This document shows positions 50,062-62,910 of a DNA stretch of 64,000 nucleotides, one piece after another (the stretch's first letter is position 1; every line of letters starts with the position of its first letter). Source of the DNA: Nemertoderma westbladi (lineage: Eukaryota > Animalia > Xenacoelomorpha). The stretch is from the NCBI GenBank assembly GCA_032718475.1, contig JAUCBJ010008084.1:1-64000 (forward strand), in the 5' to 3' direction. The notes below the pieces were generated by a model. The model made no database searches. It saw nothing but the letters and a program-made list of their open reading frames with translations, and had not been told where the DNA came from. The translations under genes and the position numbers were made by a program.

Positions 50062-50343
50062 TCCACCTTGGTGTAGTGGTTGCATTGAATTCACATCTCC
50101 TGTAGGTCGCGGGTTCGATCCTCACATGGGCCAGGCACCAGGGTAGTTTTCGTTTCGGCCCGAATGCTTTAAAGGGACCAGCCAGGGCGCATCTCTGCCT
50201 CGCATCCTTAAGTGGTAGCTAAATGAGTACTGGAGTTTCCTCTGGGGAGTAAAGTTCTGGGGGACCGCACTGGAAATAAGTTGTCAGACTTTGTGCGTAA
50301 TCCCTGGCCTAGCGGCCGAAGAAAACTTACTTTACTTTTACTT
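50062..50343 (+). mobile_element. tRNA-derived SINE
   Basis: A-box TGGTGTAGTGG, B-box GGTTCGATCC, central ctaaatgagtactgg segment and a (CTTTA)n-type tail. A second head is at ~50742-50845 and a central fragment at ~54155-54210. Confidence 0.7.
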
Positions 50344-50389
50344 TGACAGATACTGAAACCAAATGCCAAATAATATTTTGAATTGAATC

Positions 50390-50666
50390 GGTCCGACGAA
50401 TCTGTACAAAAAAAAATACAAAAAAATACAATATAGTACAAAAGAGTACAAAAGAGCAAACAGTGCACAGTGCAAAAATAGTACAAAAGAGTGCAAAAAT
50501 AGTACAAAAGAGTACAAACGAGTGAGAAACGCATACAAAACGTGTATACCAGTGTAGTAGGTAGGCCTATACAGTTATACACTACACTTGCACAAACACT
50601 TACACAAATATAATTAATTGTAAGCAAATGCAACGGCACCGAAATATGCGCCGTTACAGTGTCAAT
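50390..50666 (+). repeat. Dispersed repeat family starting ggtccgacgaatctgtac with internal (gtacaaaa)n units
   Basis: Further copies at ~58895-59050 (+), ~59600-59882 (-) and a partial one at ~62103-62165 (-). Confidence 0.7.
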
Positions 50667-50741
50667 TTGTCTAGGATGGCTAAAACGTCTGTCCTTATCT
50701 GATCTGACGGTATCTGACACTTGTTCCACCTTGGTTCAGAG

Positions 50742-50845
50742 CCCACCTTGGTGTAGTGGTTATATTGAATTCACATCTCGCGGAGGTTGTGGGTTCAATC
50801 CCGGCATGGGGGCCAGGGCCAAGGTAGTTTTCGTTTCAACACGAA
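50742..50845 (+). mobile_element. Truncated SINE head (same family as 50062)
   Basis: ccaccttggtgtagtggt...gggttcaatccc, with A/B boxes. Confidence 0.6.
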
Positions 50846-50929
50846 TGTTGGAAGTGAAGTTGAAGTTTTTTATTGGACGCCAAATTATAGTAATAGTGCC
50901 TACTGTAAAACGAACACAAAGCATATTAA

Positions 50930-53785
50930 CCCTCCCCGGTAACGTGTGGTAAAATAATACCCCAAGGGGATTACTTTTGATATTTTTCGACAATCTTTCA
51001 TATTATGTATGTCCAACTTCATAGTATCTTCCAAAAAACTTGTAATCTAACGATTGTGTGGGTCAAACCCATAAAATTTTGTTTATGAAAAATGTTATGG
51101 GCCCTTAATTTGAAAACAACTTAGTTAGGTAAGATGGGGTATAAAAATACCCCATAACGTTATGGTGCTTTGTGACTCATTTTGGTTTCATTGGAACCAC
51201 AATTGTCGATTTAGTTGTACTAGACAGCTAGAGGTATGTTTTAACTTTGACTTTTAAGACCAAATTATCAGTATTACTGTATTATGAAGCTACTGTATTG
51301 TGTATGGCCTGTATTTCATAAGCCAAGACTTCGTCCTAATCGCGATGTGATAGATTGCTAAGTATATGTGAATAATTCTTATTGTAGGCTTTCTTAGAGG
51401 TGTTCTGGCCTTTTGGGTCTCATTTTGGGTTCATTGAAACTGCAATGTATTATTTAGTTGCACAATAATCACATTTTATGACCAAATCATCATTACTTTT
51501 GCAGTCATGGTGTATATTTCATATTACAATTCAAGATCTTGTGCTATTGCGAGATCTGTATATATATATCACTTTGTTGACTTTTAGTGATGATATTGGA
51601 CTCATTTTATGCTTATTGGAAATGCAATGGTATACTTCAGGGTGTACTTGACCCATAACACCACTAAAAAACCGAAAATGAGAAACACTCTCACAGCTAA
51701 TGCTTCGCTATGATAGTATCTTGTTGCAAAACGCCCCATCGCGACGTTAACGATGATCGCGATTGTAGTGGGATAACTTTTGTAGCATTGGGCGTTGGGT
51801 AGACTTCAACCAAATTGAAAAAAAAATTCACAACTTATTTTTTCACCATTTGGCAAATTCTGTAGGGCGTATTTATAGTCAGATGCCGTCCGATCCGATC
51901 CGATCCGATCCGATGCATTTCGGCAATTATTGTAGCTACAACTGTCAGACTGCAGACTGTACAAGCATCTGGCTGTCTGGAGTGGGGTAGGGCACATATT
52001 TAAAAAATATTTAATTTGCTGAGGTCAATTTTTCGGACTTGTAAATGGCTCCACGCAAGCAGTAGAGCCCAATCTGGCCTCGTTTATAAACGCCAGCTTT
52101 AAATCGTTCAAAAAAAACATTCCTAACATCAACTTTGTCTAAACCCGTCTATGTCTAATTATTTAGTTAATGGAAGGGTCGCAGCCGTCAGCTGGTGGTA
52201 ACCAGTATCGTTCCAAAGATGTGGAGGAGAGACGCGACGTGTGTGGCACTCCTTTCCATTAATTTGTAATGATATCGTTTATTGTTTTGGTTAGTTAGGT
52301 TTCGGTTTGGAGATGGTGTTCTGCGCAATAAAATAATTATCTTATATTTAATTATTTAAGAGGCAATAAATATACTTTAGTATTTTAGCTGCACAAACTA
52401 TCATAACATGTGTGGTAGTGGAATATATTGAAGTAATTAAATGACTATTTTAATTGCAAAATTATATTATATTAAGAAATTTACTGCTTTGCTTAAATTT
52501 ACTTGCACATGCCTTAAACCACCAAGCCACTGAACTTACCAATGGAGATATTTCCAGTGACCATACCATGGACCAATCGCAGGAGACATCTACCTTCTCA
52601 CCTGTGACACCTTCACATGTGCAATGTAGCCAGTGCTGAAAGGCTATGCAACCAATACAGAACCAAACTACTATGTGTGTATGTTGGATGGGCTAAATGT
52701 CTTACAGCAATAAGCTAAACTTGGAACCACCATTATACTATCAGCTGGCTATGATGCCAGTACTGCTCAAATTTTGGCGCCCCTTGGAAGGTGGCGCCCG
52801 GGGCCGACCCCCCCCCCCCCCCCCCCCTTCTGCACGCCACTGCACATTTCGGAAACAAGCTACAGTTCGTCGCAGCCCCCAATGAAAAAAAATTAACAAA
52901 AGGAAACATGAAAAAAAATATTATAGGCCTACTTTGAAAAAAATTTCCCGATTTTTTCCCGAATTCCCAAAGTTCCAGAATTTTACAAAAATATCAGAGT
53001 GTTTTATAATGGATATCCCCGGGTAGTAACTAAATTTTGAAAAAAAAATAGAAGTCTTTTCCCAGAGAGGTCTGTTTTCGAGCAAGTCGGTACCCACTGG
53101 TACGGATTTACCACATTACCTTTCGCTAGGGAGGGGGCAAGCCCCCCCCCCCCCAAGATACCTGGGGAGGGGCAGATGCCCCATTGCCCCCCCCCCCCCC
53201 TAGAACCGCCACTGTCTACCGAGCATCACCATCCTGTCCCATAATAACTTCGCAGCGGCTTTGTGTCGACGGTCGAAAAGTGGCCATACAGTAGTGCTTT
53301 TTTTCTGACCTTCGTCCTGGAACCCCACGCAGCCGGGTACTATACAGCTATACACCGGCTTTCATTGCAGTAAAGAAAAGTGTAGGCGCCGTATAACCGC
53401 GGTATAATCAGTTTTCAGATCTAGCTCCTCTACTAATTTATTATGCCCTAGATTAATTAAATAAAACACGGCAAAGATAGGTGGAATATTCTGAAATTCA
53501 ATTAAAGGGATATTGCGTTAGAGAAACTGTGATAGGCAAAACAGAAGTAGGCCTAAGCAGCTAGGCTTGTACAGTCTGCAGTCTGATAGTTGTAGCTAGA
53601 ATAATTGCTGAATTGCATCGGATCGGATCGGACGGCATCTGACATATAATTCTACCTCCAAATTCTGGGAGGGGGATTGCAAGTGTTTTTCTGTTTAATG
53701 TTACTTAAAATGTCTTATCAATTTGGGGTATAAAAATACCCCATGTTACCGGTGAAGAATAATTTTTTACCATACCGGGGGAGGG
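50930..53785. mobile_element. Non-autonomous piggyBac-like DNA transposon carrying nested insertions
   Basis: TTAA on both sides (50926-50929, 53786-53789), TIR ccctccccggta / taccgggggaggg, and a shared subterminal palindrome tggggtataaaaatacccca at ~51135 and ~53724. Confidence 0.75.
51876..53645. mobile_element. Nested non-autonomous TIR element with ~90-bp TIRs containing (ccgat)n
   Basis: gtcagatgccgtccgatccgatcc...gactgtacaagc is mirrored by gcttgtacagtc...ggatcggacggcatctgac. The flanks are TA-rich. Confidence 0.75.
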
Positions 53786-54581
53786 TTAAAATTACGAAAC
53801 ATATTAAAATTGACAGCATACATAGACATACTTAATGATCGGCCCTGCATAACATTCCAGCATTCTGATAACATTTACAACAAAATTAAAAATAACGTTA
53901 ACCTGTTAACACAGTAACACTATTGAAAAATAATATGGTGCACCGCACCTAGGATAGCCCCATGAGGTTATACCTCGTTTCCATGGGGGTCCTATTTAAA
54001 ATTCATTCTATTAATTAGCGCTCATCAAATACGGCATGAGAGTACAAATTTAATTAAATAAAATATATGAAAAGTGCAATAAAATGTAAGATTTAATTAA
54101 AATATCTAAAAATAATGATCTGAAGTAGGAATAATGTTTTGAAGGGTTTAACGAGGCATCTCTCTGTCTCTGCCTTGCATCCTTAAATGATAGCTAAATG
54201 AGTACTGGACTTTATGCCTATGTCAGCATGTGAAGTTTCCCCGGTATTCCCCTTAAACCCGGGGGGGGGGGGGGTCAATATAACACCCCCCCCCCCCCCC
54301 CCCCCCCCTCTGAAACAACCATACTAACTAACAGACTAAAAGACTAACTGAAACTAACTAAAAGGAATCAAATAAAATAGGCTAGAAATTTTAAACTTGT
54401 TTTTAGCGGCTGGTGCCAAATTTTGTTGCTGGCCCATGCTGCCATGTGAAGAATACCAGGATTTACCTTTTCAGTCGACTTTTATTGGAATTTTATATAT
54501 GAAGATTTTAATTTTTTTTTAATTTATCTTTATTAATTATTAAGTGTATTATAGAGAGCTTATTTATGGCTTATAACCTGT

Positions 54582-56506
54582 CAGTCGGTGAGAAGTCAAA
54601 AATTGGACTTGAGTCCAAAATTGGACTTCGACTCCATTTCAAGTCCAAAATTGGACTTCTGTGAGTCCAATATTGGACTTCAAATCAGCCAATTGTTCCA
54701 GGGCCTTGGGTAATTGGATCGGGCGGGATTTTTTTTTATTAATCGAAAATATATCAAAAAATAAGAGTTTTGAACAGGGGGACCTGAAATTCACCAGGGG
54801 GAACTTTTTTTATAAGGCTTTGAATTTTTACAAAAGTCCAATATTGGACTTTAAGTCTAATTTCGGACGTGACATTGAGAATCAAACTTAAAGGTACATG
54901 AAGCATGACAGATGAGAGACAGCCAGACAGCTATTAAGTTATGGAAAGTTAGCCTACCTTTGCAGCTCTGTATGTATCTTCAGTGTACTGTACTTAGAAT
55001 ATGGGCTAAATGGTACATTCTAGCATTCTAGGTACTTTGTACTTTACTTTTAGCATATTGTTTACAATCATGTTATGTCTAACCTTACAGCCTTATGTAC
55101 CCAGGGCCAGGATTTTAGAGCAGTAGAGTCTTTAGGACTAGATTAGATTATGCTCCAACAAATATTTAATTACAAATTATATTTGGTGGAAACTGGTAGC
55201 AATGCCAGGTTTGCCAACTGCAGCTGCTGCTAAGGCAGTAAGGCTAACTACAGTACAAGCTACGATTTCGTCTAAGCCTATGGCAGTATGGGAGCCCTAT
55301 CAGAAAGAAATACTACAAGTTGATGCTACCACCATCTCTACTAATTTTTCCATACAACAGGAAGGGTGTTTTAAAACAGCTGTATAATGAAAGGGGATTA
55401 TTAGTAACTGATTAACGTGTTGCAGTGTTGGGGTCTCCACATAATAAGTACAGAAGTAAGAAGTAACACACGTCATAATTATAAACCATTTGAGGGAAAG
55501 GAACAGGTTACAGAGGCAGGCTTTTCTAACTAAAACAATAAACGGCCACTTTTGACTTTACCAATTGAAGGAGCCTTATCACCTCACCACATACTACTAC
55601 TACAATCGGCATGCTGCATTACAGCTGCATTATATATATAGACCCTATTACTGCATTAAGAATGCTGTGCCGGCTTGTTGACAAAAGTGCGCCTCCACAA
55701 CTCCCTTACACTCTTACAGCCTTATCACCCATGACATTTGCTAGATCATCCGCATTTTCAAGGCCAGTGTCCTTTAAGACAGTAAGAAAGATGCGTCTCA
55801 AGAAAGTCATGGGCTGTCCACTATGCTTATTCACTCCATGAGGTGCATTGGCTGGTCCTCATGGCTTAAAAGCGATGTCCTGCAAAGCGGAGGCGGCTTT
55901 GTTCTAGTGTCAAGCTTGGGGGAACCAATGATTGAATAAGACACCTCCAACCCCAATGTTATATAGTGTCTGGTTGGAGATGCAGAGATGTGCTGTGTAT
56001 ATTGCACTTGACACAGTGAACCTAATCAAAACAATTAGTCAATAAACATTAACTCAATTACATAATAGGTTACAGTTTTCAGTAGTCTTATTTTTGCCAT
56101 ACGAAAATACCACAGGTATGGGTATGAATGAACTATACAGCTATGACTCAACTACCGCTACTGCGACTGCGGTATACACCACCAAGGCCAATGAAGGCAG
56201 TGAGGCTACCGCAAAGCCATACCACTACCGCAAAAAGTAACTACTGATGTCTGACTGTACGTGTGCGATCCCTGCTTATAATACTTATAATAATTAATTT
56301 GATCATTAAAATGATGTTGCATTGTAATTATATAATATATATGTACTGATACGGGATGCAGTTTTGATTTAAATACCGATATACAGTATGGCAGCATGGG
56401 TACACTTGGAGTTGTACTAAAGTCCAATATTGGACTTTGGAGTCCAAAATTGGACTTGAAGTCTAAAATTGGACTTGAAGTCCAATTTTTGACTTCTCAC
56501 CGACTG
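54582..56506. mobile_element. Non-autonomous DNA transposon, CAGTCGG TIRs, 5-bp TSD CCTGT
   Basis: cagtcggtgagaagtcaaaaattggac / gtccaatttttgacttctcaccgactg; TSD at 54577-54581 and 56507-56511; subterminal ttggact/agtccaa repeats. Confidence 0.85.
55590..56020 (-). mobile_element. Degraded copy of the LINE 3' end seen at 1-430, nested in the TIR element
   Basis: actactactac tail + atcggcatgctgcatt...aagaatgctgtgccggcttgt...gtcaagcttgggggaaccaatga match positions 1-370. Confidence 0.8.
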
Positions 56507-56885
56507 CCTGTACATACAGACATATACTATTACTATTACTAATTCGTTTATTGTTTTGGTTATATTCAGCCCTTATGTAACCTGCGTTTTTTTGTGAAAA
56601 CCTGGTATTCTTCACATGGGGGTAACTGCAAAATAAAATATAACGGCAGAAAGTCTGGTATTCTTCGCCCATGTGAAGAATACCAGAATACCTTACTAGT
56701 ACCGTAAAACGGGGTGACTTTGTCAGGCGGGGTGGGGTGACTTCGTCATTCAGTCATTACAGGGGGTGACTTCATCAATACTAAAAATGATACTTAGTTT
56801 CTTGTAAAAAGTACCCGTAAATGTCTTATAATGTAATTGGAAGTTCAAAACAGTAATAAAAACACAAAATACCGGTATCTATCAG

Positions 56886-57895
56886 CAGTGGCGCAGCCAT
56901 AGGGGGGGACGGGGGGGACACGTCCCTCCCACTTTTCAGGTAGGGCCGGACGTGTCCGATATGTCCCCGGCACTTTTTACACTTTCTATATACAATTTAA
57001 AATTGAAATAATCGTAACAAACTCTGATCGGGTATTACAGTATAACTAATAATTACTCATACGTACATTTCTATCCTTCCCAACCATGTCCCATGAATTC
57101 AGAATTTTTCAAAAGGAATATCTGAGATATGGCAGTATAATGGCCGTTGCAACATATTTTGCGTTGAGCTGCGTTGGAGTCCATATATTCTACATTCTAA
57201 TATGTAACTTATCAGTAGCTGGGCAACAATACAATACCTACTGTATATATACTGTAATACAGTAATACTAGTACGCAGCCATTCATACATAAACAAATAT
57301 TCCAGAATATTGTGTATTTATTTAGTTGAATAAATAGACTGCAGCGGAACCGAAGCAAATACATGCAACATTCAAATGCTCATAAATCAGCTATTTCCCA
57401 ACCAAATTCAAATGTTTTTACATATTTGGAATCCATCATCGCGATCTTTCGTTCTCCACCAAAGTATCACTTTAAGGTTGAAGAATAATTGAGTTGCAAT
57501 TGGTTCAAACGCCAATATGAAGAATACCAGGTTTTCACTTTGCGATCTAAATTTTATTGTAATTGTATATCTGAAGAATTTTTATTTTTGTTAACTTTTC
57601 AATAGTAATCAACAGTAAATCAATAGTTGTCCTTGTATAACGCTTATTTCTATCTTTTAAACACCTTTTTCAAACGCTTGTAGCTAAAGAATGAAAGCGA
57701 AAATAAAAATTCTGGCTCTCCAAAGGAGGAGGAGGGAGGTGAAACTATCGATGTTTCAAATTTCATACAATCTCATTAAGATTTGTAAAAATAAATTTTT
57801 GATTTTTTTTTTTGGCGGTGGGGGGGGGGGTGTTACGCCGGACCTAAAATTATTTTATCATCCCCCCCACTTTTGGTTACGTGGCTGCGCCCCTG
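56886..57895. mobile_element. hAT-family MITE
   Basis: TIR cagtggcgcagcca / tggctgcgcccctg with an 8-bp TSD tctatcag (56878-56885 and 57896-57903). Confidence 0.85.
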
Positions 57896-58129
57896 TCTAT
57901 CAGCCTATACAAGTAGAAAATAGGCCTAATACTGTAATATGGTACTATAGGTCTCAGGTACTCGAGATATTGTTAGATTCTGTTTAGTGTTTTTGTTTAA
58001 TAATGCCACGTCAGTATATGGTATAAGCGTGTGAGGGGTTCACGAAATTACCGAACAGCCTACACACTGACACAGATGAGTTGGTGAAAGAAGCTGAGAT
58101 AAGATTAATTCCACCAGGATCGGTAGAAC

Positions 58130-58885
58130 TTAGTAGCAGAGTTGTAATGTAATGGTCATTTAAGTTCGATTTGAATATATTCACACTTGGGGAAGTAACA
58201 ACCCCATCAGGAAGAGCATTCCAGGGAGATATGACTCGGAAGTGGAACGAATCGGCCCGGATTTTCAGACGGACGGTCGGTTTGGTGAGTTTTAAAGAGT
58301 TACCGCGACAGACAGTTGACGATAAGGAGAAGAAGCTCTGCCAATCGACAGCATCAACACCCGTTAGCATGCGATATAATTGAATAAGGTCCGCGCGAGA
58401 ATGTCGGTATTCCAGAGTAGGTAGTCCCAGCGACGCAGTCGCTCCGGATATGGAAGGTCAAGAAGGCCCGCTACCAAACGGGTAGCCCGACGTTGGACAG
58501 TCTCAAGTAGGCAGCTTTCTCCTACATGGCTGGGTGACCAAACTGGAGATGCGTATTCCACACAAGGACGGACAAGTGACTTATAGAGACTAATGAACAT
58601 GACTTCATTGAGGTGATTAAAGCTTCTATATACTAGCCCCAGAACCTTATTTGCCTACTTCACGATAGTGGCTATGTGCAATGAGAACTGGAGAGAATCA
58701 TCTAAGTTCACACCCAAGTCTTTCTCTGTTTCGGTTGTCTCCAGTGTGTGTGGCCCGAGGGTGTAAGTGTACCTGGGGTTAGAGCGACCAATATGCATTA
58801 CCTTGCATTTCTTATGATTAAATAATAATTGCCAGGTCTTGCTCCACCAATCCAAAATATCTAGATCACTTTGCAGGGGTCCCAC
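58130..58885 (-). mobile_element. CR1-clade LINE ORF2 3' fragment (pseudogene)
   Basis: LQSDLD..W...WQL.FN..KCKVMHIG, EKDLGV, LYKSLVRP.VEYASPVWSP, VQRRATRLV, RG.SLKL, F..RVISPWNALP; broken by a stop and a frameshift. Confidence 0.88.
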
Positions 58886-59359
58886 GGAGAGTTGGGTCCG
58901 ACGAATCTGTACAAAAAAGTACAAAATAGTACAATATAGTACAAAAGAATACAAAAGAGTACAATAAAGTGCAAAAATAGTACAAAAGAGTGCAAAAATA
59001 GTACAAAAGAGTACAAACGAGTGAGAAACGCTTGCAAAACATGTATCCAAGTGTAGTTCAAATCGTATAGCTGTGTAGAGGGGCGCACATGGTGTGCAAA
59101 ATAAAACAAAGCATTGTTTGATTGTGGGGCGAGCCACGCATTGAGAAAGGGGCTGATCTAGCTGTCTAGCAGTCAGAGAGTATGAAAATACAATCTTAGG
59201 CCTATGACAGTATGAGTTTTAATGCAGCTTTTTGTGTTCGAAAAACATAAAAAACAGTTCCAATTGCTCGAAAAATTGCAGAGGGAGATCTCACAGTCTC
59301 AATAAAGTTGCAGATAAACAGATAAAGGCATAGGCCTACTTACATAGCCTAAATAACGT

Positions 59360-59882
59360 AGCATCCAGTCTATCCTTCAGTATATGGGCTACTTTAAGAC
59401 TATGACCTAAATTTCGAGTCTCAGGTATAGGCTGATAGGACTGTAGGAGTTTATATCTACCCACTGCATGTATGTATTGCATTATATTGTATTATACGAA
59501 CCGTAGCCTATTTCTACTTGTATGCCAGTCAAAATCTACATGAATCAAAGTTCTGTCAATAATTTCATACTTGACCACAGAACCAACTGACCAAGGCCGC
59601 TAGTATTGACACTGTCAGACTGTAGCGGCGCATATTTTGGTGCCGTTGCATTTGCTTGCAATTAATTATATTTCTGAATACAAGTGTTAGTGTAGTGTTG
59701 TATAGGCCTACTACACTGGTATACACGTTTTGTATGCGTTTATCACTCGTTTGTACTCTTTTGTACAATTTTTGCACTCTTTTGTACTATTTTTGCACTT
59801 TATTGTACTCTTTTGTACTCTTTTGTACTATATTGTACTATTTTGTATTTTTTTGTACTTTTTTGTACAGATTCGTCGGACC
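59360..59882 (-). repeat. Dispersed repeat copy; its left part is duplicated at ~61290-61572 and 62103-62165
   Basis: Shared blocks gggctactttaagactatg..acctaaattt and tgtatgccagtcaaaatctacatgaatcaaagttct...gaccacagaacc. Confidence 0.7.
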
Positions 59883-61577
59883 GCGGAGAGTTTAATAGAG
59901 GGATCCACTACAGCAGAGTCTTTTAAGTCATCAGCGAACAAGTACCGGTATGCCATATATCTACATACCGGTATATCTATCATATATCTACAATCAGACA
60001 ATATAAGGTGGTTTAAGCATTTTACTGGTAGGGGAATTGGAATTTTTTATTTGACATTAAATCAGTTAAAAACAAGCACTAAAGATAGCATTAAAATATA
60101 ACATATGAAATGTAAGGAAAAGGTAAGGCAACAAACCAATGTACAGAATGGTATTCAACATGTCCTAGAAAATGTATTTTAACGGAAAACAGTACAAAAC
60201 AAACATAGATAAATAAAACGCAATAATTTTTATTGTCCGTTTAAATCATGCCTAAATAAAATGACCTTCAATAAATTTTAAACACTATTTACAACATAAT
60301 TAATTATGGTAAGACATTTCTATTTCAGGATTTAGGACCAATAAACTTAGTGGATAGGCCTACGAGATGAAAGGTGTAAGTGCAGCAACTATAAAATTAT
60401 TGAAATTTTACTAAAAATTATTGTAATTATGATAAGGAATTTAGGACCATACGAAGACAGTGGATACGAGGTGGAAGGTATAAATAAAAGAAACAACAAC
60501 AGAATAATTATAAAAACGTTCGACACCAACAGACCAATAAAATCTATATTTTATGAACTGTATTTATTTCTATTGTCTTACTAAAAATATTATTTACTGT
60601 AGGCCTATATAGTTATTTATAATAAGTTTACCGCGGTAAGTTAGAAATTATAAATACACAATGCATATATTATATATAGGCCTACTGAGACTTAAGTCAG
60701 TAAGTACAGAATTAAGCAGTGATTTGCCGTCGAGGATAACCCCATGAGACTATGTCTCGTTTTCATGAGGGTCCTCACTATATCAGGAAATATTAAAATC
60801 GATAAAGGTAAAAGTATACAAAGTAAAGAAAAGGATACAAAATAAATGCAGAAATGCTAATGCATGCAAACTTTCAGAGGTAGTTATATTTGTTTATGGA
60901 GTTTTTCGAATGTTATCATCATGTCTCGTGTCTGCACGGTACTTCTCATAGCGCCCCACAGTCTGACACCCCATTCAGCCATTTGGTGATCTCCAGTGAA
61001 TGTTTGGATTTGACCTGACCAAATTGGTTTACTACGGACAGACGGAAGATCTGCAGTGGACAGGGCACACCTGGGCGGGTGTGGGCCACTCGGAATCCGA
61101 CGAGGCGGCGCACATATCAGCATATTGACATTTGGCGTATGTACATTTCTTACAATAGGCAGGAGGGAGGCATACAACCTCGGGCTGTCGGGAGCAGTAC
61201 CGGCAGGCCTAGTTAAGTTAGTAGCCTAGTAGCAGTTAGCCTAGTAGGCTTAGTTGTGTAGTTTATACTTCTGTACTTAGCATAGCAGCATAGTCTATCC
61301 TTAGGTATACAGTGTACACTGTACAGGTATATGGGATGGGCTACTTTAAGACTATGCAGCTATGACCTAAATTTTGAGTCTCTGGTCTCAGTTAGGGCCT
61401 ATACGAGTTTATATCTACCCACTGCTGCACTGCATAATGTATTGCATTATATTGTATTATACGAACAGTCAGACAGTAGCCTACTTCTACTGTATGCCAG
61501 TCAAAATCTACATGAATCAAAGTTCTATCAATCATTTCATACTTGACCACAGAACCGAGGACCAAGGCAGCATCAGG

Positions 61578-62096
61578 CAGTCGGGGAGAAGTTCAAATTT
61601 CGACTGAGTTGAAATTTAAAACTTTTTTTTTTAAATTCAACTTTTAAGTTGTAAATTCAACTCTAAAATGGCAGGAGGAGCAGAAGGGCCCCAAGACGTC
61701 ACAGAAGGGGTGTTTTTATTGTTTTTATGGATGTAACTCGAAAAATTAACCCTCATTACAGCATTACCTATGGAATAAAAACTTTCACCGTCGGGAATAC
61801 TTTTTTTAAAAACATTTTAAGTGATTACATTTGCAAATTAACTGAAATACTTACTATGGGAATTTATTAGATGTATGAAATTACCGCTGTTTGTCATAAT
61901 TATTATATACAATGGAATACCAGTAATGGATTCCAATTCCATATTTCAGTTTCTCCAAAGCTACTCCAAAAGTTGAATTTTAAAAAAAGTTGAATTTTAA
62001 ACTCTACTCCAAAAGTTGAATTTTAATAAAAAGTTGAATTTTAAAAAATAAAGTTTAAATTTCAACTCAGTTGAAAATAGAACTTCTCCCCGACTG
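61578..62096. mobile_element. MITE with CAGTCGG TIRs and 5-bp TSD TCAGG
   Basis: cagtcggggagaagttc...ctgagttgaaatttaaa / tttaaatttcaactcag...gaacttctccccgactg; TSD at 61573-61577 and 62097-62101. Confidence 0.85.
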
Positions 62097-62814
62097 TCAG
62101 GCTATTGACATTGTAGCGGTGCATATTTCGGTGCCGTTGCATTTGCTTACAATTAATTATATTTGTCTGTTTGTATACAAGTCAGTAGGGAACATACCCT
62201 TAAATAAGCTCCAAACAGCCAAAAGTGGGTTCTTATTTAAGGAAAATGGCTCTTATTTAGGGGTTTTTGGGCCTTTTTGGATATTTTTTCGATATAATAT
62301 GCAATAGGGCCTAACTTCTAAACTTGTTTCAGGAAAAAATACCGCATAATTTTATTTCACAATGTAAAAGTTAGGTCTTTCTTGAACATAAAGCAAAAAA
62401 CCAGAAAACATTTCACTGTCCTGTTTTTTTCTACAAGCAGACAAGCGTTTTAAAATTGCATCAAAAATACGACTTAGTTCCTAAATAAGGGGGATTTTTT
62501 AAATTTACCTTATTTAAGATACTTATTGTCGAAATTGTACACATAAATACTAAAAGTCCCTAAATAAGAACTTTTTGACCTGGGTTTATTATTTAGGAAT
62601 ACAATTGTATTCCAAAATCTGCACATTCCTTAAATAAAATAAATATTCCTTATTCCTTACAGTATGTGCACAAGTGTAGGCTAAGTGTAGGCTATAAGTA
62701 GACTATCAGGTCGTCCATGGACCAGGACCATAGAATATCGGGATTTTCTTATCCAGTGGCTGAGTGGGTATTCCATGCATGTTTCACAGTAGGCCTATCT
62801 AAGTCTGTAAGTAC

Positions 62815-62910
62815 TAGGGCTCGATCGGAGTTGGGATTTGGCCGGAGCAGGAGAGGAGCCTGAGTTGGACAATTTGGCCGGAGCCGGAGCGGGAGCCGGC
62901 TGGCCGGAGA
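62815..62910 (+). mobile_element. Probable hAT-like transposon end (TAGGG terminus with ggagcc subterminal repeats)
   Basis: tagggctcgatcggag...(gccggag)n; the other end was not found in the window. Confidence 0.35.

Noticed and set aside
50062-50135. tRNA gene
   Set aside because: A and B boxes are present, but there is no convincing cloverleaf. It continues into a SINE body and tail and has dispersed partial copies.
50208-50729. Hydrophobic ORFs (also 58655-59137 N-terminus and 59656-60101)
   Set aside because: They are translations of the (gtacaaaa)n interior of a dispersed repeat.
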